Assembly: GCA_963922775.1 (NCBI GenBank)
Contig: CAWUJG010000002.1
Span: 6,954 to 70,953 of the forward strand
Length of the DNA: 64,000 bases
Reading direction: 5' to 3'
DNA from: an uncultured Cytophagales bacterium
Lineage (GTDB): Bacteria; Bacteroidota; Bacteroidia; Cytophagales; Amoebophilaceae
Below are positions 1-7,997 of the stretch, one piece after another. Both the position numbers and the translations under genes were made by a program. The notes below the pieces were generated by a model, which made no database searches, was not told the origin of the DNA, and was given only the letters and a program-made list of their open reading frames with translations. Position 1 is the first letter of the stretch; each line of letters opens with the position of its first letter.

Positions 1-68
1 TTAAGCATTCGGCCTAGTATACTGCTTACCCCATAACGTAGAGTATTTTTAGCTACATATTGTATCAT
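1..68 (-). CDS. 5' end of a CDS that runs off the window; the N-terminus MIQYVAKNTLRYGVSSILGRML resembles N-termini of Wzx/MurJ-type polysaccharide flippase family proteins
   Basis: ATG at 68-66 on the minus strand, open to the window edge. Only 22 codons are visible, so the product is a guess. Confidence 0.2.
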   Translation of the reverse strand, partial: MIQYVAKNTLRYGVSSILGRML

Positions 69-375
69 GTATTGACTTAGTTGTGAATTATAGTGTTTGA
101 TGAGCTATGTAGATTTTTGTAGATTTTCGTCAGGATAATTCAATAACTATATAATCTTTGGGAATTAAAAAGTTATTTTTTACTTACAAATTTTTTGGAT
201 ACTACATTATATATTTTTTCCAGTAAATAATTGAGATGAATATATATTCCTTTTTTTATTAAAAATACAAAAAGAGTTGTATCCCAATTATCATAAAACA
301 AAAAATTACAGTATTAGTACATATTTTTACTTCTCAGGAACCAAAAAACTAGACAACTAGGCTATATATATAATG

Positions 376-460
376 TGCATACAGGGAGATTCGAACTCCC
401 ACACCTACAAAAGGCACCACCCCCTCAAGATGGCGTGTCTACCAATTTCACCATGTATGC
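376..460 (-). tRNA. tRNA-Leu (anticodon GAG), type II with long variable arm
   Basis: Manual fold: acceptor GCAUACA/UGUAUGC, anticodon stem CCAUC/GGUGG with loop UUGAGGG, T arm GGGAG-UUCGAAU-CUCCC, discriminator A. CCA is not encoded. Confidence 0.85.
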
Positions 461-465
461 AAAAT

Positions 466-1176
466 TTAAATATTAAGTACCTGACATGCTTTTTCTGCTG
501 CTGCTTGTTCTGATATCTTTTTTTGTTGACCTATTCCTTCAGCAATTATTTTATTTTTTAGTATGATTTTTGTGTAAAAAAAACCTGCTCTATCATTATG
601 TGCCTGTGTTAAAAACTGAATACGTACTTTTTCTTTTTGTGACCATTCATATATTTTTCCTTTATAATTAAGGTTTTGCTCTACAATTTGAGCCTTTATA
701 CAAAAATTAAATACTTTGTCTATAATAAATTTTTTACAACATCTATATCCTCTATCTAAATAAATAGCACCAATAAGTGCTTCTAATGTATTGCCTAAAA
801 CATTGTGCTGATGAGTAATTCTTCTGCATAAGTTATGTTGTATAAGTTTATGAATTTTAATGCCATAGGCTATGGCATTAAGCACCCTTCTATTATTCAT
901 ATTGGCTCTCCACTGTGTTAATACCCCTTCTTCAGCTTGAGGGTATTTTTGGAATAAGTATTCTGCTGTAACTAATGTTAAGATAGCATCTCCTAAAAAC
1001 TCTAGCCTTTCATTAGTATCTGTACTTTTTACTACAGATTTATGCTGTAGTGCTTGTTTATACCATTTTATATTTTTGGGTAAAAATGTTGTTATTGTGT
1101 AAATAGCTTTAAACAAAGCAAACTCTTTTTGACTAAAAAACTGTTGATAGTAATATCTAATCCAAACCTGGATCAT
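466..1176 (-). CDS. rnc: ribonuclease III
   Basis: RNase III signature ERLEFLGDAIL plus a C-terminal dsRBD-like tail. The start overlaps the fabF stop (ATGA), in acpP-fabF-rnc order. Confidence 0.9.
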   Translation of the reverse strand: MIQVWIRYYYQQFFSQKEFALFKAIYTITTFLPKNIKWYKQALQHKSVVKSTDTNERLEFLGDAILTLVTAEYLFQKYPQAEEGVLTQWRANMNNRRVLNAIAYGIKIHKLIQHNLCRRITHQHNVLGNTLEALIGAIYLDRGYRCCKKFIIDKVFNFCIKAQIVEQNLNYKGKIYEWSQKEKVRIQFLTQAHNDRAGFFYTKIILKNKIIAEGIGQQKKISEQAAAEKACQVLNI

Positions 1177-2417
1177 ATACCACGAAAAATTATAGAACTG
1201 TTATGTCCACCAAAGCCAAAAGAGTTACTCATAACTGTATGGATATTTCTTCTTTGGGCATAGTTCAAGGTCAAGTTCAAGTTACCTTCTATATCCTCAT
1301 CTGGTGTACAATGATTAATAGTAGGAGGTATAATATTATGCTGTATAGTAAGTATAGAAGCAATGGCTTCAGCTACACCAGAAGCTCCTAAAAGATGCCC
1401 TATCATAGATTTGGTAGAGCTCATATTTAATTTATAAGCGTGTTCTCCAAATACCCTTTGTATGGCATTTATTTCAGTAATATCCCCTAAAGGTGTAGAG
1501 GTACCATGCACATTAATATAGTCGATATCTTGGGGGGTTAGCTGTGCATTTTGAAGTGCTTTTTTCATCACAGCAATTACTCCCTTACCTTCTGGATGGG
1601 GGGCTGTAATATGGTAAGCATCTGCTGAAAGGCCTATACCTAAAAGTTCTGCATAAATTTTTGCTTTACGCTTTTTAGCATGTTCATACGATTCTAATAC
1701 TAAAGCACCAGCTCCTTCTCCCATCACAAAACCATCTCTATGCTTATCAAATGGTCGAGAAGCTGTATGTGGACTATCGTTACGAATAGAAAGGGCCCGT
1801 AAGGCATTAAACCCACCAATTCCTGCTTCAGTGATAGTAGCTTCTGATCCTCCAGTAACCATAATATCTGCCAAGCCAAGCTTAATAAGATGATAAGCAT
1901 CTATTAATGCATTAGATGAAGAGGCACAAGCAGATATAGTAGTAAAACTAGGACCACGAAAGCCATTTTTGATAGAAATATAACCAGGGGCCATGTTACC
2001 TATTAGCCGGGGAATAAAAAAAGGACTAAAGTGGGGCTTAGATGGATTTTGTGCATAATTAGTTACTTCACCCTGTATAGTCTTCATACCACCAATACCG
2101 CTTCCCCACACTACTCCTACACCTTCTAAGATAGATGATGGTAAGGAAAATAACTTTGCATCTTCTATCGCTTGATTGGCTACAGTAACAGCATACTGGG
2201 CAAAAGGATCTAGCTTTTTTATCTCTTTAGGTGTAAGTGAATGGTTAGAGTTGTAGTTTTTTAGCTCACAAGCAAACTTGGTTTTAAAATTGGTAGTATC
2301 AAACTGCGTAATTACATCTGCTCCGCTTACTCCATTAGTTAAAGCATGCCAGTACTCCTCAATATTATTGCCAATAGGAGTAAGGGCACCCATACCTGTA
2401 ATAACAACTTTTTTCAT
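1173..2417 (-). CDS. fabF: 3-oxoacyl-ACP synthase II
   Basis: 414 aa with the KAS II active-site context ISACASS, HGTSTP and GHLLGASG motifs. It lies downstream of acpP. Confidence 0.92.
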   Translation of the reverse strand: MKKVVITGMGALTPIGNNIEEYWHALTNGVSGADVITQFDTTNFKTKFACELKNYNSNHSLTPKEIKKLDPFAQYAVTVANQAIEDAKLFSLPSSILEGVGVVWGSGIGGMKTIQGEVTNYAQNPSKPHFSPFFIPRLIGNMAPGYISIKNGFRGPSFTTISACASSSNALIDAYHLIKLGLADIMVTGGSEATITEAGIGGFNALRALSIRNDSPHTASRPFDKHRDGFVMGEGAGALVLESYEHAKKRKAKIYAELLGIGLSADAYHITAPHPEGKGVIAVMKKALQNAQLTPQDIDYINVHGTSTPLGDITEINAIQRVFGEHAYKLNMSSTKSMIGHLLGASGVAEAIASILTIQHNIIPPTINHCTPDEDIEGNLNLTLNYAQRRNIHTVMSNSFGFGGHNSSIIFRGI

Positions 2418-2461
2418 GGTGATGTAAATGTAAAGTGTAAGGGTTATTAAAAGTAAAAATT

Positions 2462-2704
2462 TTACTCCGTAGGCAAGTGCTTTTCAAGATATGCTAAAGC
2501 CTGTCCTACAGTACGTATTTTTTCTGCTTCATCATCTGGAATATTAAGGTCAAACTCTTTTTCTATTTCCATAATCAACTCAACAGTATCTAAAGAATCT
2601 GCACCTAAATCGTTTACAAAGTGCGCTTCTGGTTTTATTTGAGATTTGTCTACAGATAGTTTATCAATAATAATTTGTGCTACTTTTTCTTGAATATTTT
2701 CCAT
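2462..2704 (-). CDS. acpP: acyl carrier protein
   Basis: 80 aa with the phosphopantetheine attachment motif [11 protein letters not shown]. Confidence 0.95.
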   Translation of the reverse strand: MENIQEKVAQIIIDKLSVDKSQIKPEAHFVNDLGADSLDTVELIMEIEKEFDLNIPDDEAEKIRTVGQALAYLEKHLPTE

Positions 2705-3244
2705 ATGACAGAGAATAGTTTATATAATTAAAAATAAAAAAATTAATGAACGAATAACTGTTCAAAGCAGACAATATAATAAAGATACAATTGAAATTCA
2801 ATACTAAATCAAAATATTTAAGTAAAAATGATTATCAAACTATGGTATTATCAATATGGTATTTAAGGGGTAAAATGGTAATAAACAATGTGTATAACAT
2901 GTGAATAATATGTTTAGTTATATATCAAAATAATATTCAACCATTGTCAACATACTATACACATCTTTTTAACATGTTTATTAACATCAACTTTTTTCGA
3001 TAAAAATACCCTGCATTTATTATTTGCTCTGTTTTTAAAATAGTAGTGGGGGATATTTACTATTATCCACATAGTAATAATAAAAAATAAATTTTTTAAA
3101 TAAATTCTATTTCAATATGTGTGTTTAAAAGAAACATTGTTGTTTTTGCATTTGTTTCGACGAAAAAATTTTGATCTTTTCCTTTTATTTTTTTTAATAT
3201 ACGTTAGATTGAATTTTTTTTAATACACACTATTTGTACATATG

Positions 3245-3277
3245 TTTTGTTTGAAACAAAAGTTGTTTCAAACAAAA
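3245..3277. repeat. inverted repeat / hairpin with 15-bp perfect arms (ttttgtttgaaacaa / ttgtttcaaacaaaa) and a 3-nt loop
   Basis: Read directly from the sequence. It lies inside the ORF-free 2705-3818 gap. Confidence 0.8.
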
Positions 3278-3818
3278 ACAATTATTGTATTCTGGTGAAG
3301 TCTTAATTAGAGGTAGTCCTTATTGATTATTTATTCAAGAATAGCTTCAGTGATCTATCAAACAATATTTTTTAAACGTAGGGGGTGGGTATACAACAAT
3401 TCATTTTTTAGATTTAAAATTTCAACCAGATAAAAAATTTTATATCCTATGGTCTCTTAATCATATTATATTTACTCAAGCATAGTGGGGGGGTAAAAAT
3501 TATTTACTTGCACTAAAATCAGCCAAGTATCTAGCTAAGGCTAAATACTTAGAAATACCCCCTAATCAACATTATTTAACCCTAATAAGTATATATTTTG
3601 TATATTGTAGATCCAAAAAAACAGTATAGAAGTATTACTCAATGAATTAAATTACTAGATTAAGTAAAGCAGAAACTCATGATTTGAAAAATATATTATA
3701 AGTTTTATATAAACTGGCATTCTAGCTTTGTCCTTTGTAATGGAAGCTGCGATAGTGATGTCTAAAAATAAAAAATTTATAAAGCTACTTTAGTAGTAAT
3801 TAAAATATTTAGAATTAT

Positions 3819-4187
3819 ATGAAAAAAAATAATGTATATAAAAAATCTACTTCTTCCCGTAGTTTTTTTATTCTACTTGCTTCAAAAATGAACTATCTTT
3901 TTATGCTTGTAGAAAGTATTGCCTTAAAACACACCTTATACTTGTTATACCTAGTATTTTTAGGCCTGATATATATATTTAAAACTCACCACTATGAGCA
4001 GAGCATACGCCAGGTGCATTATTTAAATAAAGAGGTAGCTGACTTACGTGTTGATTTGATGACTCTTACTGCAACATATATGTCTCTGACACGTCAATCT
4101 ACTATAGCTAAAAAAGTAGCTATTTATGCTATATATCCTAGTAAAATACCACCCCAATTAGTATCTAATTATTGTTCTCATGACTGA
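3819..4187 (+). CDS. ftsL: FtsL-like cell division protein (Bacteroidota FtsL_2 type)
   Basis: Single TM segment LYLLYLVFLGLIYIF followed by a coiled-coil-like stretch and a ...PSKIPPQLV tail. It sits immediately upstream of ftsI. The true start may be an internal Met. Confidence 0.55.
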   Translation: MKKNNVYKKSTSSRSFFILLASKMNYLFMLVESIALKHTLYLLYLVFLGLIYIFKTHHYEQSIRQVHYLNKEVADLRVDLMTLTATYMSLTRQSTIAKKVAIYAIYPSKIPPQLVSNYCSHD

Positions 4188-4235
4188 AAAAAATAATATG
4201 ATAATAAGGATAAGAGTTTTATTCTTATTTTTTTT

Positions 4236-6281
4236 TTGTTTTGTCTTTATATAGGTTTTCGTATAGGATATATACAGATTATAGAGGGAAAACAATGGAG
4301 AACAAAAGCTACAAAGAAACATATTTTTGAAAGGGTTATTGATCCTATTCGGGGTAATATTTATAGTTATGATGGGGAACTATTGGCAACATCTCTGCCT
4401 TTTTATCGTGTAGCCTTAGATCCTTGTATTGCTTCTAGACACATTTTTTATTCTGGAATTAATCAATTATCACATTTGCTTTCACAGTATTATACTACCC
4501 ATTCTCCCCATTATTTTAGTAAAAAGATAACTCTGGCCAGAGATAGACAGAAAAGATATATTATACTTTCTAAAAAGTACATTAACCATCATCAAAAAAA
4601 AGCTATGGGAAGTTGGCCTATTTTTAATGCAGGAAGATGGCAAGGAGGAGTAATTTTTGAAAAGAAAGAAAAAAGATTTTATCCATTTGGTAAATTGGGA
4701 TTACGTACTATAGGATTTATAAATGAGAATGATAAAGGCGTAGGTATAGAATATAGTTTACATAATCACTTAAAAGGTATACCAGGTAAAGGAAAGTATC
4801 AAAAATTTGTAGGAAATCACTGGAAGCTTATAAAAGATAAGCATACTGTACATCCTATTCATGGTTCTGATATTGTTACTACACTCAATATCCATCTACA
4901 AGATCAAGTACACCATATATTACTTCATGCATTAAAAAAGCATAAAGCCAGGTATGGTTGTGCTATAGTCATGGAAGTGCATACAGGGGCTATTAAGGCT
5001 GTAGCTAATTTGAGCAAAACAGCAGATAATAAATATCAAGAAGATTATAATTATGCCTGGGGAAATCAAGGTAATAGAGAACCAGGGTCTACATTTAAGC
5101 TTGCCACTATGATGGCCATATTAGAAGAAAAAAAATTATCTCCTCATACTATAGTAGATACTGGTTTAGGCAAAAAAAAGTTTTATGACCAAACTATGAA
5201 AGACATTAAAAGGGGGGGGCATGGTAAGATTACTGTAAAAGAAGTTTTTGAAAAATCATCTAACATTGGTATAGCCTTACTAGTAGAAAAATATTTTAAA
5301 AAGCAGCCTCAAAAATTTCTCAATTACTTACAACATTTTGGTCTACAAAGTGCATTAGATATGAATATAAAGGGTATAGGCATACCTATTATAAAACAGG
5401 TAGAAGATACCACTTGGAGTGGTATTACACTTCCATGGATGTCTATGGGTTATGAGCTGAAGCTTACCCCATTACATTTGCTTGCTTTATATAATGCTGT
5501 AGCTAATAATGGAATTTGGGTATCTCCTGTGCTGATAAGTAAGATACAAATGGGTAGTATTTTAATAAAGAAATTTAGTATGCCTGTAAAAGCAAAAAAA
5601 ATATGTTCACAGCATACAGTAACAACAGTGAAAAAAATGCTTGAAGGGGTTGTACAATGTGGTACTGCTATGGGTATAAAAAATAGTTTTTATCCTATAG
5701 CTGGAAAGTCTGGTACAGCACAAAGAATAGAAAAAGGACGATATACAAAATCTTGGTATACTTCTTTTGCTGGGTATTTTCCAGCGCATAACCCAAAGTA
5801 TAGCTGTATAGTATGTATAGATAATCCACAAGGAAAAAATAAATATGGTAGTAACGTAGCTGCACCAGTATTTAAAAAAATAGCAGATAGTATAGCAGTC
5901 AAAGATATTATATCTTTGCCTTCAGAAGATATGAATATAGCTCAAAAAAAAAATATATTTCCCCATATTAAAGTGGGTAAAAAAAATGATTTACTATTTT
6001 TATGTAAGCTAATGAATATTCCTTTTCTAGAAAATAATGCTAAAGATATATGGGTAAGGGCTATAATAAAAAATAAAACTCTACACTGGAAAAAGCACGC
6101 TTTGTTGTCTGAAAATACAATGCCTAGTGTAATAGGCATGACACTAAAAGATGCACTCTATATTTTAGAGAATAGGGGTATAAAAGTAAATTTTCAGGGT
6201 AGGGGAAGAGTATATCAGCAGTCGATAAAGACAGGAAGCCCTATACAGGAAAATTTGTGTATTACATTATACTTGCAATAA
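4236..6281 (+). CDS. ftsI: penicillin-binding protein 3 / peptidoglycan D,D-transpeptidase FtsI with C-terminal PASTA-like domain
   Basis: SxxK (GSTFK), SxN (KSSN) and KSG (AGKSGTA) motifs, in ftsL-ftsI-murE order. The 5' end is uncertain: the ORF-track start is TTG 4236 inside a T10 tract (see finding). Confidence 0.88.
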   Translation: MFCLYIGFRIGYIQIIEGKQWRTKATKKHIFERVIDPIRGNIYSYDGELLATSLPFYRVALDPCIASRHIFYSGINQLSHLLSQYYTTHSPHYFSKKITLARDRQKRYIILSKKYINHHQKKAMGSWPIFNAGRWQGGVIFEKKEKRFYPFGKLGLRTIGFINENDKGVGIEYSLHNHLKGIPGKGKYQKFVGNHWKLIKDKHTVHPIHGSDIVTTLNIHLQDQVHHILLHALKKHKARYGCAIVMEVHTGAIKAVANLSKTADNKYQEDYNYAWGNQGNREPGSTFKLATMMAILEEKKLSPHTIVDTGLGKKKFYDQTMKDIKRGGHGKITVKEVFEKSSNIGIALLVEKYFKKQPQKFLNYLQHFGLQSALDMNIKGIGIPIIKQVEDTTWSGITLPWMSMGYELKLTPLHLLALYNAVANNGIWVSPVLISKIQMGSILIKKFSMPVKAKKICSQHTVTTVKKMLEGVVQCGTAMGIKNSFYPIAGKSGTAQRIEKGRYTKSWYTSFAGYFPAHNPKYSCIVCIDNPQGKNKYGSNVAAPVFKKIADSIAVKDIISLPSEDMNIAQKKNIFPHIKVGKKNDLLFLCKLMNIPFLENNAKDIWVRAIIKNKTLHWKKHALLSENTMPSVIGMTLKDALYILENRGIKVNFQGRGRVYQQSIKTGSPIQENLCITLYLQ

Positions 6282-6282
6282 A

Positions 6283-7746
6283 ATGGTCAGTTTACAAAGT
6301 TTATTACATCATATACCATATAAAACTATAGTAGGCACTTTAGATAAGTCTATTAAGAACATTCATACGCATAGCCTTAAGGCTATATCACACACTCTTT
6401 TTGTAGCACTTAAGGGTTATCAGCAAGATGGACACCTGTTTATAGAACAGGTTATTCAGCAAGGGTGTCAAGCCATAGTAGTAGAAAGGCTTCCAAAAAA
6501 TATACATTCTACAACTACTTATATTGTTGTGAATAATACAAAAAAAACTTTAGGCCTACTAGCTAATAGTTTTTACCACTATCCCTCGAAAAAATTGAAG
6601 TTAATTGCTGTGACAGGTACTAATGGTAAAACTAGTATAGTACACTTACTATACCAGCTATTTAAAAATTTGGGCTATTGTGTAGGCATGCTCTCTACTA
6701 TCTGTAATAAAGTAGATAGTAATGATCCTATAAATACTGCACTTACTACACCTGATAGTCTTACTATAAATAGGCTTTTGTATAAAATGGTGATGAAGGG
6801 GTGTCAGTATTGTTTTATGGAAGCTAGCTCTCATGCTTTGGTCCAGCATCGACTGTTTGACTTGCATTTTACTGGAGCTATTTTTAGTAATATTTCTCAC
6901 GATCATCTAGACTATCACAAAACATTCCATCAATATATTGAAGCTAAAAAGGTATTATTTGATATTTTACCTGATTCTGCTTTTGCCCTATATAATAGTG
7001 ATGATATGCGTGGTAGACAGATGGTACAAAATACATTAGCTACTACTTATGCCTTCTCCTTGCAAAAAGAAGCACATTTTACAGCTCAAATATTAGAGCA
7101 TACTACTGAAGGTATGCATCTATCTATAGATAAAAATGAAGTATGGACTCCCTTGCTCGGCAAGTTTAATGCATATAATTTACTAGCAGTTTATGCAACT
7201 ACTTATTTATTATTACAAGAAAAAAATAATATTTTAGTGGCTATGTCAACCCTTTTGCCAGTACCTGGAAGATGTCAAAAGGTAGTATCTCCTTATATTA
7301 ATTTTAAAGCTTTTGTAGATTATGCGCATACACCAGATGCATTAGAAAATATATTAATAATGTTAACAAAAGTTAATGTTAAAAAAAAAAGAATAATTAC
7401 TGTAATAGGCTGTGGAGGAAATAGAGATAAAGATAAAAGGCCTATAATGGGCAGCATAGCACAAAAATATAGCGCTATAGTTATTTTTACTGCAGATAAT
7501 CCGCGCTATGAATCATCTGAAAAAATTATTGATGATATGCAAAAAGGTTTATCATCTAAGCAAATAGCTAGTATAATTACTTGTACAGATCGTAAACAGG
7601 CTATACATAGAGCATGTGCCATGGCTCAACAAGATGATATACTTTTGGTGGCAGGTAAAGGACATGAAAAATACCAAGAAATACAGGGTGAGCGTTTTTT
7701 TTTTGATGATGTAGATATTATTGAAAAATGGAACAATTGTGATTAA
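6283..7746 (+). CDS. murE: UDP-N-acetylmuramoyl-L-alanyl-D-glutamate--2,6-diaminopimelate ligase
   Basis: Mur ligase P-loop GTNGKTS and the DNPR motif (TADNPRYE) typical of meso-DAP-adding MurE. Confidence 0.9.
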   Translation: MVSLQSLLHHIPYKTIVGTLDKSIKNIHTHSLKAISHTLFVALKGYQQDGHLFIEQVIQQGCQAIVVERLPKNIHSTTTYIVVNNTKKTLGLLANSFYHYPSKKLKLIAVTGTNGKTSIVHLLYQLFKNLGYCVGMLSTICNKVDSNDPINTALTTPDSLTINRLLYKMVMKGCQYCFMEASSHALVQHRLFDLHFTGAIFSNISHDHLDYHKTFHQYIEAKKVLFDILPDSAFALYNSDDMRGRQMVQNTLATTYAFSLQKEAHFTAQILEHTTEGMHLSIDKNEVWTPLLGKFNAYNLLAVYATTYLLLQEKNNILVAMSTLLPVPGRCQKVVSPYINFKAFVDYAHTPDALENILIMLTKVNVKKKRIITVIGCGGNRDKDKRPIMGSIAQKYSAIVIFTADNPRYESSEKIIDDMQKGLSSKQIASIITCTDRKQAIHRACAMAQQDDILLVAGKGHEKYQEIQGERFFFDDVDIIEKWNNCD

Positions 7747-7997
7747 AATACCATAAACAAGAAAGGTCAATCAGTTTTAAGTTAAAAATATGTCTCCCTT
7801 CTTGTCAATAAGAATACGAATATAAAAATATTTTATTATTTTTATATATGTAGATTAACCATTTTTGTTATATTTTATCATTTAGAAAAATATAATATTG
7901 GATTAGTGTATTATTATTTTTATAGTTCCTTATTCGATAATGGTAAAAAATTTAATTTAAATTATAGATATTTATCTGCTATTATAATCTTTTCATC

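Noticed and set aside
109-130. Tandem 10-11-nt direct repeat (gtagattttt gtagattttc) in the first intergenic region
   Set aside because: It has only two short AT-rich units and no associated feature, so it is probably chance.
1203-1391. 62-aa plus-strand ORF
   Set aside because: It is antisense within fabF.
2705-3818. RNase P RNA, tmRNA, SRP RNA or an rRNA fragment in the large gap
   Set aside because: I looked by eye for conserved cores such as GAGGAAAGUCC, a tRNA-like acceptor/T-arm end, and the SRP GGAA tetraloop context. I found only a weak resemblance (agaggtagtcc at about 3310-3322). That is insufficient support without a covariance-model scan.
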